From NCBI GenBank assembly GCA_024641095.1, contig JAHEDR010000001.1:196387-260386 (forward strand): a stretch of DNA of 64,000 bases. Reading direction: 5' to 3'. The DNA comes from Rhodoluna sp. (lineage in GTDB: Bacteria; Actinomycetota; Actinomycetes; Actinomycetales; Microbacteriaceae). A model generated the notes under the pieces. The model made no database searches and was not told the DNA's origin. It was given only the letters and a program-made list of their open reading frames with translations. Below are positions 19,187 to 30,004 of the stretch, piece by piece; within the stretch, counting starts at the first letter, position 1; every line of letters starts with the position of its first letter. The position numbers were made by a program, and so were the translations under genes.

Positions 19187-19307
19187 CACTAGACTTGTTT
19201 TAGAACAACGGCGAGGGCTCCAATTGGGGCCGTTATCGACGGGGTAAAAAGTCTTCCGACTTGTCCTCGCGTAAAACGCTTGAGTTGACAGATAGAGAAG
19301 AGAAATC

Positions 19308-19907
19308 ATGAACACAGCAGCAAAGCTAGTTGGCACCCCTCGTACCAAGTTTGGTAAGGGTGCATCACGTCAGGCACGTGCAGCAGGTCAGACCCCAGCC
19401 GTTATTTACGGACACGGTTCAGAGCCTCGCCACATCACCGTTCCTGCACACGAAGTAGCACTTATTCTTCGTCACAAGAATGCAGTTATCGACCTAACCA
19501 TCAATGGTAAGGAAGAGTCTGTTCTTGTAAAGAGCGCAACCAAGGATGCAGTTACTCAGGTAATCGAGCACATTGACCTTGTTGAGCTTGTAAAGGGTGA
19601 GCGCGTTCACGTTGAAGTTCCTGTTCACCTTGTTGGTGAGTCAATGTCAGGAACCATCGTTGACATCGAGCACAAGACCGTGAAGCTAGAAGTTGCTGCA
19701 ACCAGCATCCCTGACTTCGTTGAGATCTTTGTTACCAAGGACAACGGTGCAGGTCACCACGTTCTTGCGGGAGACATCAAGCTTCCTGCTGGTGCAAAGC
19801 TTGAGCTTGCAGACAACGAGCTAATCGCTTCTGTTGTAATGACTCAGGCTGGTCACGCCGATGAGACTCCTGCTGCAGCTGCTGCAGCTGAGGCTCCAAA
19901 GGCTTAA
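19308..19907 (+). CDS. rplY: 50S ribosomal protein L25/general stress protein Ctc
   Basis: R..FGKGASRQARAAGQTPAVIYG at the N-terminus, a Ctc-type C-terminal domain and an Ala-rich tail. Confidence 0.9.
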   Translation: MNTAAKLVGTPRTKFGKGASRQARAAGQTPAVIYGHGSEPRHITVPAHEVALILRHKNAVIDLTINGKEESVLVKSATKDAVTQVIEHIDLVELVKGERVHVEVPVHLVGESMSGTIVDIEHKTVKLEVAATSIPDFVEIFVTKDNGAGHHVLAGDIKLPAGAKLELADNELIASVVMTQAGHADETPAAAAAAEAPKA

Positions 19908-20493
19908 TCTGTCGTCTTCAGCATTTCTAGTAGTCGGGCTCGGTAACCCCGGGCCCGACTACTCTGCTAATCGGCACAATGTTGGTCAGATGGCTTTATC
20001 GGTGCTTGCCGACAGACTGGGCACAACTTTCAAAAGTCACAAATCAAACGCCGCAGTAGCCGAAGCGCGTTTGGGTTACGGTGGCGCAAAACTAATTTTG
20101 GCTAAACCTGGTTCTTACATGAACACGAGCGGTGGTCCGGTTTCTTCTTTGTTGAAGTTTTACGAAGTGCCACTTTCAAACCTCATCGTCTTGCACGATG
20201 AACTGGACATCGACGCCGAAACCATCCGCGTAAAGCAGGGTGGTGGCCACGCAGGTCACAACGGACTTCGCGACATCATCTCGGCTTGCGGATCAAACGA
20301 CTTCACCAGAGTGCGCATTGGCATTGGCCGCCCACCGGGCCGAATGGACACTGCCGACTTCGTGCTCAAAGATTTCAATTCAACCGAGCGCAAGAATTTG
20401 CCGGTGACTTTAGAGCTTGCCGCTGATGCGGTTGAAGAGATCGTGCGCTCTGGCGTGCTTGAAGCTCAAAACAAAATCAACCCAAAGGGTTAA
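19861..20493 (+). CDS. pth: peptidyl-tRNA hydrolase (start codon unresolved)
   Basis: LVVGLGNPG..Y..NRHNVG and GHNGLRDI motifs. The only canonical in-frame start is the ATG at 19861, which overlaps rplY by 47 nt. A CTG at 19909 would give the usual short N-terminus. Confidence 0.85.
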   Translation: MRLLLQLLQLRLQRLNLSSSAFLVVGLGNPGPDYSANRHNVGQMALSVLADRLGTTFKSHKSNAAVAEARLGYGGAKLILAKPGSYMNTSGGPVSSLLKFYEVPLSNLIVLHDELDIDAETIRVKQGGGHAGHNGLRDIISACGSNDFTRVRIGIGRPPGRMDTADFVLKDFNSTERKNLPVTLELAADAVEEIVRSGVLEAQNKINPKG

Positions 20494-20856
20494 TTAAACG
20501 TCGAATTGGTTTTTTCCTTCGACGCTTTCTTTGGTTAGCCAAACAATCAACATGATGATTCCAGCAATCGGAATTAGAAGATAAAAAAGGTGCGTGGCAG
20601 GTCGGCCCACGTCATGCAGTCTTCGTGCAGCAACAGCTAGACCAGGCAGTAGGACGACCAATGACCACAAGTTACTCAAGGCGCTTTCGGTAGTATCTGT
20701 CCAGTCTGAAGCAGAATAATCGGTGGTCACGATTGAAATGCCAGCACCTACCAAAGCTACAAACAGAAATGCCCACCAGTACTCAGACCTGGTTGCACGG
20801 CCCTTGAAATTTGCGTAGTTTTTCCAAAACGCAACAATCGCTTGTCCAAATGTCAT
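20494..20856 (-). CDS. DUF805 domain-containing membrane protein
   Basis: F.GRATRSEYWWAFLF and RRLHDVGR motifs with three hydrophobic segments. Its stop abuts the pth stop with zero gap. Confidence 0.8.
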   Translation of the reverse strand: MTFGQAIVAFWKNYANFKGRATRSEYWWAFLFVALVGAGISIVTTDYSASDWTDTTESALSNLWSLVVLLPGLAVAARRLHDVGRPATHLFYLLIPIAGIIMLIVWLTKESVEGKNQFDV

Positions 20857-20886
20857 TTGATTCGCTTTCCATAGTGGCCTTTATCC

Positions 20887-23800
20887 ATGCGCAATCCTAC
20901 GCTTAGACTTACCCCTGTGAGTGCACAAAATCTCAAGGCCCTGTCGCGCCTTGCCGCGCTCATTTCTGAAGGCTACCCATTTGCGGCTCTTCAATCCAAG
21001 ATCAAAAAACCTCGCTTAGATGCCATTGCGCCGCAGGGTGCACATTCAACTTTGCTTGAGGTAATCAATCAAATGCGCACCGATGTCAAGCTGGCGCCGG
21101 TTCAGCTGGTGGTTGTGGCCACCGGCCGCGAAGCTGAAGACACAGCCGCAGCACTTCGCTCACTTTCACCTAATGCCGAAATCCTGGAGTTCCCATCTTG
21201 GGAGACTCTGCCGCACGAACGACTTAGCCCAAGTCCAGAGACCGTGGGTAAGCGCCTGCAGGTATTGCACCGCCTAGATGAACTCACCAAGCTCATCGCC
21301 AAGAAGAAACTAGAACACCCAGTCTTTGTGCTGGCATCGGTGCGGGCTGTATTGCAACCGGTGGTTGCCGGTTTGGCAAACCACCCGCCGCTCAAATTAG
21401 AACGCGGCAAAGACTACCTACTTTTTGAACTGTCATTGAAGTTGGTAGAGCTGGCGTACCACAGAGTAGACATGGTTACCAAGCGCGGTGAATTTGCCGT
21501 GCGCGGTGGAATTCTTGACATCTTTCCAACCACTGCAGAACACGCAATGCGCCTTGAGTTCTTTGGTGACGAACTAGACGACATCAGAGTCTTTCACATT
21601 GCCGACCAGCGCACCATTACCGGCGCCGAGGCCGGCGAGGTTGTAAACGAAGTAGATATTTATGCGGCGCGTGAAATCATCATTACTCCAAGCGTTGCCG
21701 CACGTGCACGAGAAATGCTTCACGAGTTTCCAAACATCTCAACCATGCTGGCCAAGATCTCCGAGGGGATCCCGGTTGACGGCATGGAATCGCTTGCGCC
21801 AGTACTTGTTGATGCACTAGTGCCATTCACCGATTACCTTCCGCCAGAAGCCCTCGTGGTTTTGCTATCACCAGAAAAGGCAGCGGCACGTGCAGCTAGT
21901 TTGGTTGAAACAAACGAAGAGTTTTTGCATGCGGCTTGGGATGCCGCGGTAGAAGGCGCACAGGCTCCACTTGATTTGAGCGACGGCGGCTTCGTTGACA
22001 TCTCGCAATTCCAAGCAGCACTTGCTGGCAGGGCAATGTTCACCATCTCGCAGTTTGGCGCAGATGACGAGACGCTGGTTAACCTAAATCTTTTTGAAAT
22101 CCCAAACTTCAAAGGCCTCGACACTACATCACTTGAGTGGCTAGAAGATCAGCACAAGCAGGGTCAGCAAATATTTGTGGTTGCCGAAGGTCACGGAACC
22201 GTAGAGCGCCTTGGTGAACAACTCAGTGCGGTTGGAATTTCCGCGCAAATCGCCCAGGGAAATCTGCGCAAGGGATTCACCGCACCAGATAGCAAAGTTA
22301 TTGTCATCACCGAGGCAGAGTTCTACGGAAAGTCGTCGGTGTATGTCAGCCCGCAGGTTCGCAAGCTTGCCTCCAAGCGTGGTCAGGCGGTTGACCCGCT
22401 TAGTCTCAAGCAGGGCGATTACGTTGTTCACGAGACGCACGGAATTGGGCGCTTTGTAGAGCTCGTTGAGCGTACCAGCGGTATTGGGCGCCAGCAGCAT
22501 CAGCGTGAATACCTGCTGATTGAATACGCGCCATCAAAACGCGGTTATCCGGGCGACACTCTGTTTGTGCCTACCGATCAACTTGATTTATTAACCCGAT
22601 ACGTTGGCGGCGAAGCACCCGTGCTTTCCAAGATGGGCGGCAGCGACTGGGCAAAGGTTAAGGGCAATGCGCGCAAGGCTATTCGCAAGATTGCCATTGA
22701 CCTAGTGAAGCTGTACTCAGCGCGCATGAAATCTCGCGGTCACGCCTTTGGCCCAGACACTCCTTGGCAGCACGAGCTTGAAGAAGCTTTTGCGTTTGTT
22801 GAAACTCCAGATCAGCTCACCACCATCGAGGAGGTGAAACGAGACATGGAGAAAGAAATTCCTATGGACCGTTTGCTGGCCGGCGATGTTGGTTACGGCA
22901 AGACTGAGGTTGCCGTGCGTGCAGCCTTCAAGGCAATCCAAGATGGCAAGCAGGTTGCCATGCTGGTGCCAACCACACTTTTGGTTCGTCAGCACACCGA
23001 CACCTTCGAGGCTCGCTACGCTGGGTTCCCTGTTACCGTTCGTTCGCTATCGCGTTTTCAAACCGCCAAAGAAGTAAAAGAAACACTAGAGGGTCTAGAA
23101 AATGGAAGCGTTGACCTGGTGATTGGCACACACCGTTTGCTTTCAAAGAACGTGAAGTTCCGTCAGCTTGGTTTGGTAATCATCGATGAGGAGCAGCGCT
23201 TTGGTGTGGAGCACAAGGAGAAACTAAAAGAGCTAAAGACCAACGTTGACATTCTGTCTATGTCGGCTACTCCAATTCCTAGAACTCTAGAAATGGCTAT
23301 CACCGGAATTCGCGAGATGTCTACGCTTGCAACTCCTCCAGAAGAGCGCCACCCAATCTTGACTTACATTGGCGGCTACAGCGAGAAACAGGTTGCCGCA
23401 GCCATTCGCCGTGAACTGATTCGCGAGGGGCAAGTGTTCTTTGTTCACAACCGAGTCAGCTCCATTGAAGCAGTGGCCAATCAACTTGCTGAGCTTGTGC
23501 CAGAAGCCCGCATTGCGGTTGCACACGGCCAAATGTCTGAAGGCGCTCTTGAGCAGGTAGTAGTTGATTTTTGGGAACGCAAGTTTGACGTACTGATTTC
23601 AACCACGATCATTGAAACCGGAATTGATATTCCAAATGCCAACACACTGATTGTGGACCGCGCAGAAAACTTTGGCCTGAGTCAGTTGCACCAGATTCGC
23701 GGGCGAGTGGGGCGCAGCCGTGAACGCGCCTACGCCTACTTCTTCTACGACCCAAGCAAGCCACTTACCGAAACCGCACACGACCGCCTGGCAACAATCG

Positions 23801-24453
23801 CGCAAAACAACGAACTCGGTGCCGGTATGCAGGTGGCGCTGAAGGATCTTGAAATTCGAGGTGCCGGAAATCTTTTGGGTGGCGAGCAATCGGGTCACAT
23901 CGCGGGCGTTGGTTTTGATCTTTACCTTCGCATGATTGGTGAAGCGGTTGCCGAATTCAAGGGTGAGAAGCAAGAGTCTCCTGCCGAGTTGAAACTTGAA
24001 CTGCCGGTGGATGCGCACATTCCATCAACCTACGTAGACAGTGAACGTCTGCGCCTTGAGGCGTATCACAAGCTCTCTGCGGCAAGTGGTGCCAAGGGAA
24101 CTCGCGCACAGCTAGATGCAATCCTGGTTGAGTTGCAAGACCGATACGGAAAAGCGCCAGAGCCAGTATTGAATTTGATTGAAGTTACCGAACTTCGTCA
24201 GCAGGCAAACAGGCTTGGACTCAAAGACTTCAACGTTCTTGGTTTGCAGGCAAAGTTGCAACCGGTTGACCTAACCGAGTCAGAACAAGTTCGAGTAGCC
24301 AGCCTTTACCCGGGCACCAAGTATTTGCAGTCGGCACAAACCCTGCTGATCAGCGCACCGCGCGACGAGAATTTTGAACCACTCCGTGACACGGCAATCA
24401 TCCAATGGGCGTGGGGCTTATTGGCTAAGGTTTTTTTCAAACACCGAAAGTAG
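20887..24453 (+). CDS. mfd: transcription-repair coupling factor
   Basis: 1188 aa with a UvrB-homology N-terminus, the CarD-like segment GDYVVHETHGIGRF, and SF2 helicase motifs (GDVGYGKTEVA, DEEQRFG, TTIIETGIDIPNANT). Confidence 0.95.
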   Translation: MRNPTLRLTPVSAQNLKALSRLAALISEGYPFAALQSKIKKPRLDAIAPQGAHSTLLEVINQMRTDVKLAPVQLVVVATGREAEDTAAALRSLSPNAEILEFPSWETLPHERLSPSPETVGKRLQVLHRLDELTKLIAKKKLEHPVFVLASVRAVLQPVVAGLANHPPLKLERGKDYLLFELSLKLVELAYHRVDMVTKRGEFAVRGGILDIFPTTAEHAMRLEFFGDELDDIRVFHIADQRTITGAEAGEVVNEVDIYAAREIIITPSVAARAREMLHEFPNISTMLAKISEGIPVDGMESLAPVLVDALVPFTDYLPPEALVVLLSPEKAAARAASLVETNEEFLHAAWDAAVEGAQAPLDLSDGGFVDISQFQAALAGRAMFTISQFGADDETLVNLNLFEIPNFKGLDTTSLEWLEDQHKQGQQIFVVAEGHGTVERLGEQLSAVGISAQIAQGNLRKGFTAPDSKVIVITEAEFYGKSSVYVSPQVRKLASKRGQAVDPLSLKQGDYVVHETHGIGRFVELVERTSGIGRQQHQREYLLIEYAPSKRGYPGDTLFVPTDQLDLLTRYVGGEAPVLSKMGGSDWAKVKGNARKAIRKIAIDLVKLYSARMKSRGHAFGPDTPWQHELEEAFAFVETPDQLTTIEEVKRDMEKEIPMDRLLAGDVGYGKTEVAVRAAFKAIQDGKQVAMLVPTTLLVRQHTDTFEARYAGFPVTVRSLSRFQTAKEVKETLEGLENGSVDLVIGTHRLLSKNVKFRQLGLVIIDEEQRFGVEHKEKLKELKTNVDILSMSATPIPRTLEMAITGIREMSTLATPPEERHPILTYIGGYSEKQVAAAIRRELIREGQVFFVHNRVSSIEAVANQLAELVPEARIAVAHGQMSEGALEQVVVDFWERKFDVLISTTIIETGIDIPNANTLIVDRAENFGLSQLHQIRGRVGRSRERAYAYFFYDPSKPLTETAHDRLATIAQNNELGAGMQVALKDLEIRGAGNLLGGEQSGHIAGVGFDLYLRMIGEAVAEFKGEKQESPAELKLELPVDAHIPSTYVDSERLRLEAYHKLSAASGAKGTRAQLDAILVELQDRYGKAPEPVLNLIEVTELRQQANRLGLKDFNVLGLQAKLQPVDLTESEQVRVASLYPGTKYLQSAQTLLISAPRDENFEPLRDTAIIQWAWGLLAKVFFKHRK

Positions 24454-24458
24454 CTCAA

Positions 24459-25157
24459 ATGACCAAGCTTGATGAACTAATTGCAGTTGCTCACCAACTT
24501 CGTGGCCCTGGCGGTTGCCCTTGGGACGCCGAGCAGACTCACCAGTCACTTACCAAGTACTTGGTTGAAGAGGTCTATGAACTTGTAGATGCAATTGACT
24601 CAGGCAATCGTGATGAAGTTCTTGAAGAGCTTGGCGATGTTTTGTATCACGTCATCTTCCACAGCGACATCGCGGCTACTGGTTCGCTTGGCGAGAAGTT
24701 TGACATTCAAGATGTTGCGCAGGTTTCAATCAACAAGATGGTTGGGCGACACCCGCACGTTTTCGGTAATGCCGAAGAGCTCGAGAAGTACAAGGCCGAA
24801 ACCGGTGATGACGTAATGGTCAACTGGGACGACCACAAGAAGCGCGAGAAGCCAGAACGGTCGTCGGTGTTGGACGGTATTCCAAAGCACCTGCCGGCAC
24901 TTGCTCTTGCCGACAAGGTCATTGGTAAGGCCGAGAAACTTCAGTTACTAGACGCCGATGCACCAGGCCCATTCAGTGTCACTAGTGAGGCCGAGCTGGG
25001 CGCAATCCTGTTGGCAATAGTTTCTTCGGCTCGTTCAGCCGGAATTGATGCCGAGGGTGCTCTGCGCGGCGCCGTACGTGAACTTGAAGTTGAGATTCGC
25101 GAGTACGAGCTAGACGACGCAAACGACGCAGGCGTAATCGCGCTTCCAGCCGAATAG
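24459..25157 (+). CDS. mazG: MazG family nucleoside triphosphate pyrophosphohydrolase
   Basis: CPWD..QTH.SL..YL.EE.YE and EELGD motifs. Position after mfd is conserved. Confidence 0.85.
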   Translation: MTKLDELIAVAHQLRGPGGCPWDAEQTHQSLTKYLVEEVYELVDAIDSGNRDEVLEELGDVLYHVIFHSDIAATGSLGEKFDIQDVAQVSINKMVGRHPHVFGNAEELEKYKAETGDDVMVNWDDHKKREKPERSSVLDGIPKHLPALALADKVIGKAEKLQLLDADAPGPFSVTSEAELGAILLAIVSSARSAGIDAEGALRGAVRELEVEIREYELDDANDAGVIALPAE

Positions 25158-25181
25158 TAAAGCGGCGGGTAAACTTTCACC

Positions 25182-26420
25182 ATGGCTAAAGACGTGCACC
25201 CACCCCGTGGCATGCGCGACTTTCTACCCGTAGAAAAGCTAAAGCGCGACATTGTTCTAAACACGATCCGCTCAACTTACCTAGGTCACGGCTTTCAAGA
25301 GATTGAAACTCCTGCCCTTGAAGACCTTGAACGTCTAACTTCTGGCCAGGGTGGCGACAACGAAAAACTTGCCTTCCGTGTGATGAAACGCGGTGAAGAA
25401 CTTGAACGAGCCATCAGTGGTCACACAGAAGTAAACACCGATGCCCTTGCGGACCTCGGTTTGCGCTATGACCTGACAGTTCCTCTTACTCGTTACTACG
25501 CAACCAATCGCGCAAAGTTGCCCAAGGTTTTCAAGGCAATTCAAACCGGACCGGTTTGGCGAGCAGAGCGCCCTCAAAAAGGTCGCTACCGTCAGTTTGT
25601 TCAGTGCGACATCGACATCATTGGTGATTCATCTCACCTTGCCGAAATTGATTTGCTGGTTTCATCGCTCGAGGCACTTGAAGCAATTCACCTAACGGAC
25701 GCAACCATTCGTGTAAACCACAGAGTGTTGCTTGCCAACTTGCTTGACGGACTTGGTGTGCCAGAAGATGGCAAGCCTGCCGCCATGATCATCATTGACA
25801 AACTCGACAAGATTTTTGCAGAGGGAGTGGTGAAGGAACTGGGTGAGAAGTTTGGTGCCAAAGTTGCCGAAACCGCAGCCGGTTGGTTGGCAACTCTAGA
25901 GTCAGATTTAGAAACACCTGAAGAGCTAAAAGAAATCTTTGCTGCGGTTGAATCGCGCTTTGGCAAGGGCCGTCTTCGTTTTGACCCAACGCTGGTACGT
26001 GGCATGGGTTACTACACCGGAACAATCTTTGAAATCGAGCACCCAGAATCTGGTTCTTCTATTGGTGGCGGTGGTCGCTACGACGGAATGATTGGCCGCT
26101 GGTTGGGCGAGGACGTGCCTGCGGTTGGAATTTCAATTGGTTTTGAACGCGCGGTTGACTTGGTGCCAGACACATTTATCAGCACACCACCAATGCGCCT
26201 GGTCTTGGTTTTGGACGACACCACAGAGCAAACCGTGGCCTTGGCCCTGGCTCGTCAGAAGGACCTCTTTGAACATGGCTATGGCGTGCGCCTAGAGCAG
26301 CGCCCAAAGAAGCTGAATTTGCTGTTGGATAGCCTTGCCGAGCAGGGTTTTACGCACTTTGTCACCGTTGGGGTGAACTCGAACACCTTCGAGAGCCTAG
26401 ACATCAAGCCAATCGCCTAA
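25182..26420 (+). CDS. hisS: histidine--tRNA ligase
   Basis: PRGMRDFLP, WRAERPQKGRYRQF (motif 2), RGMGYYTG and GGGGRYDGM...PAVGISIGFER (motif 3), plus a C-terminal anticodon-binding-like domain. Confidence 0.8.
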   Translation: MAKDVHPPRGMRDFLPVEKLKRDIVLNTIRSTYLGHGFQEIETPALEDLERLTSGQGGDNEKLAFRVMKRGEELERAISGHTEVNTDALADLGLRYDLTVPLTRYYATNRAKLPKVFKAIQTGPVWRAERPQKGRYRQFVQCDIDIIGDSSHLAEIDLLVSSLEALEAIHLTDATIRVNHRVLLANLLDGLGVPEDGKPAAMIIIDKLDKIFAEGVVKELGEKFGAKVAETAAGWLATLESDLETPEELKEIFAAVESRFGKGRLRFDPTLVRGMGYYTGTIFEIEHPESGSSIGGGGRYDGMIGRWLGEDVPAVGISIGFERAVDLVPDTFISTPPMRLVLVLDDTTEQTVALALARQKDLFEHGYGVRLEQRPKKLNLLLDSLAEQGFTHFVTVGVNSNTFESLDIKPIA

Positions 26421-26483
26421 ACTAATACCTATTACAATGACGTTTTTCGCGTCGTTTTGGCGCGTTTTAAACAGCCCAAATAA

Positions 26484-27779
<1,296 letters not shown>

Positions 27780-27789
27780 TACTTAAAGC

Positions 27790-28308
27790 ATGAAATCACC
27801 CCGCAGAGTTGCGCCTTCTCAAGCGAAGGCTGCTTTGCGGGGTTTTCGCTTAAATTCATCAAGCATTGTGGTGCTTGCACTTATCGTGTTTGGTGTAATC
27901 ACGCTGGCCCCACGAGTTCAAACTTGGTTCGCGCAGCGTCAGGCAATCTTTGAAGCCCAAGCAGAACTTGAGCAGGCTAAAAAAGATGTGAAGAACATGC
28001 AAGAAGAGCGCAAGCGTTGGGAAGACCCTGCCTACATTCGCGCTCAGGCTCGCGACCGCCTTTACTACGTAATGCCTGGTGAGGTTTCGTACCTTGTGAT
28101 GGATGCCGACGGGGTAGACATGTCGGATACCACCGGAACCGTGGGTGCCAAAATGGCAGCCGATAAAAATAATGCAGCAATTACCGACACCATCTACCAA
28201 ACCAAAAACAATTGGGTTGATGCCGTTCTAGAAACCGTGATCCGTGCGGGCATTGAACAGCCGGTAGAAGAAGCACCCGTTGCCACAAAGACTGAAACGA
28301 AAAACTAA
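27790..28308 (+). CDS. septum formation initiator (FtsB/DivIC family) protein
   Basis: One N-terminal TM segment, a coiled coil (QAELEQAKKDVKNMQEERKRW) and DPAYIRAQARDRLYYVMPGE. Position after eno is conserved. Confidence 0.75.
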   Translation: MKSPRRVAPSQAKAALRGFRLNSSSIVVLALIVFGVITLAPRVQTWFAQRQAIFEAQAELEQAKKDVKNMQEERKRWEDPAYIRAQARDRLYYVMPGEVSYLVMDADGVDMSDTTGTVGAKMAADKNNAAITDTIYQTKNNWVDAVLETVIRAGIEQPVEEAPVATKTETKN

Positions 28309-28820
28309 TGCCGTTGACAAAAGCAACCGAGGCTGACATCGCCGAGGTTTCGCGCCAGCTTGGTCGCGAAGCCAGAGACATTGTTGCTATTGCTGCCCGA
28401 TGCGTTTGCGGCAAGCCAACTGTGGTGCACACCGCTCCGCGCTTGGCCGACGGAACTCCGTTTCCAACTACCTATTACCTAACTCACAAGGGCGCTACCG
28501 CTGCTGTATCAACTCTTGAAGCAAGTGGCTTGATGGCCGAACTTCAGCAGAGGCTCGCTGATGAACCAGACCTTGCCGCCGCTTACCAAAAGGCGCACGA
28601 AAGTTTTATTGCCGATCGAGACAAGACCGCCAAAGAACTTGGCCTTGATGTTCCAGAGATTGCCGGCATTTCTGCTGGCGGAATGCCAACCCGCGTGAAG
28701 TGCCTACACGCACTTATTGGTCACGCACTTGCAGCCGGCCCTGGAGTAAACCCAATTGGTGACATTGCCCTTGAAGCTTGCTCTTGGAGCCCAAGCAAAT
28801 GCGTTTGCGAAAGCATCTAG
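28308..28820 (+). CDS. DUF501 domain-containing protein
   Basis: GKP.VV.T.PRL.DGTPFPT.YYLTH and KCLHA motifs. The start overlaps the upstream stop (TAATG). Confidence 0.75.
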   Translation: MPLTKATEADIAEVSRQLGREARDIVAIAARCVCGKPTVVHTAPRLADGTPFPTTYYLTHKGATAAVSTLEASGLMAELQQRLADEPDLAAAYQKAHESFIADRDKTAKELGLDVPEIAGISAGGMPTRVKCLHALIGHALAAGPGVNPIGDIALEACSWSPSKCVCESI

Positions 28821-29977
28821 CTTTTGCGCTGACTCTGGTCAGCATTCTTAGCTTTGCCACTCCTGCCAATGCCGATGCAATTCGAGATCGCGAGTATTGG
28901 CTAAACGATTACGGTTTCACCCAAGCCTGGAAGATCTCTAAAGGTGCGGGCGTAAAAGTTGCCGTGATTGATTCCGGCATAGATGTATCTCACCCAGACC
29001 TAACCAGCTCGGTGGTTCAAGGCGTAGACATTTCAACGCTGAGTGCATTCGTTGAGCAAAGCCCTGTCCAAGATTTTGGATATCACGGAACCATGGTTGC
29101 CAGTTTGCTGGCCGGTCGTGGTCATGGCAATAATTCGGGGGTAATTGGTGTTGCGCCCGAATCACAACTAATCAGCGTGGCCATGCGTTTTGACTTGCAA
29201 CCGCAAAACACAGATGAGCAAGTGGCATTAGGAATTCACTACGCGGTGGATGCTGGTGCCAAAGTAATTAATCTTTCGCTCACTAGAAACAGCAAAGACT
29301 GGCCCGCACTATGGGACGAGGCGTTTCAGTACGCCTTTGATCACGACGTTGTGGTCGTGGCAGCGGCGGGCAATCGCGCAAGTGGCACCGAGCAGGTAGG
29401 CGCACCAGCAACCATTCCGGGAGTCTTGGCGGTTGCCGGCGTTGATAAGAATGCCAAAATCAGCAATCAGGCATCGACCGATGGTCTGACGATTGGCGTC
29501 TCGGCACCGGCTACCGATTTGGTCAGCGCCTACCCGGGCAGTGATTACAAAATCTGGAGTGGTACCAGCGGTGCCGCACCAATTGTTTCAGGCTTGGTGG
29601 CCCTCATCAGATCAAAGTACCCAGAGCTTGATGCCAACAACGTCATCAATCGCGTAATCGCCACTGCAACAAAGATGACTGATGAGCCGTATTCGGTGCA
29701 ATTTGGTTATGGGCTCATAGATCCGCAAAAGGCCTTGACCGCTGAGCTTCCATTGGTGCAGCAAAACCCTTTGGGCTCATTGAGCGATTGGGTGAAGCTC
29801 TACAGAAAGAGCACCGATACCGCACCAGCAGGGGAGGTCTCTGTGCCGTTAGAGCCTCGCGAACTGGCAGAAACCCAAGGTTTTGACTCAACCCAGATTG
29901 TGCCTATCGGTGTTTATGTGATTTTTGGCACATTGGTGCTGGTATCAGTAGTCAAGCGCCTGCGCCGTCGCAAATAG
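28799..29977 (+). CDS. S8 family serine peptidase with mycosin-like topology (signal peptide + C-terminal TM anchor)
   Basis: Catalytic triad contexts VAVIDSGID, GYHGTMVAS and SGTSGAAP. The N-terminus MRLRKHLAFALTLVSILSFATPANA looks like a signal peptide. The C-terminus has a hydrophobic helix followed by RLRRRK. I chose the ATG at 28799; the ORF is open from 28778. Confidence 0.85.
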   Translation: MRLRKHLAFALTLVSILSFATPANADAIRDREYWLNDYGFTQAWKISKGAGVKVAVIDSGIDVSHPDLTSSVVQGVDISTLSAFVEQSPVQDFGYHGTMVASLLAGRGHGNNSGVIGVAPESQLISVAMRFDLQPQNTDEQVALGIHYAVDAGAKVINLSLTRNSKDWPALWDEAFQYAFDHDVVVVAAAGNRASGTEQVGAPATIPGVLAVAGVDKNAKISNQASTDGLTIGVSAPATDLVSAYPGSDYKIWSGTSGAAPIVSGLVALIRSKYPELDANNVINRVIATATKMTDEPYSVQFGYGLIDPQKALTAELPLVQQNPLGSLSDWVKLYRKSTDTAPAGEVSVPLEPRELAETQGFDSTQIVPIGVYVIFGTLVLVSVVKRLRRRK

Positions 29978-30004
29978 CAGCGGCCTAAGCCCTAAAATAG
30001 AGGA

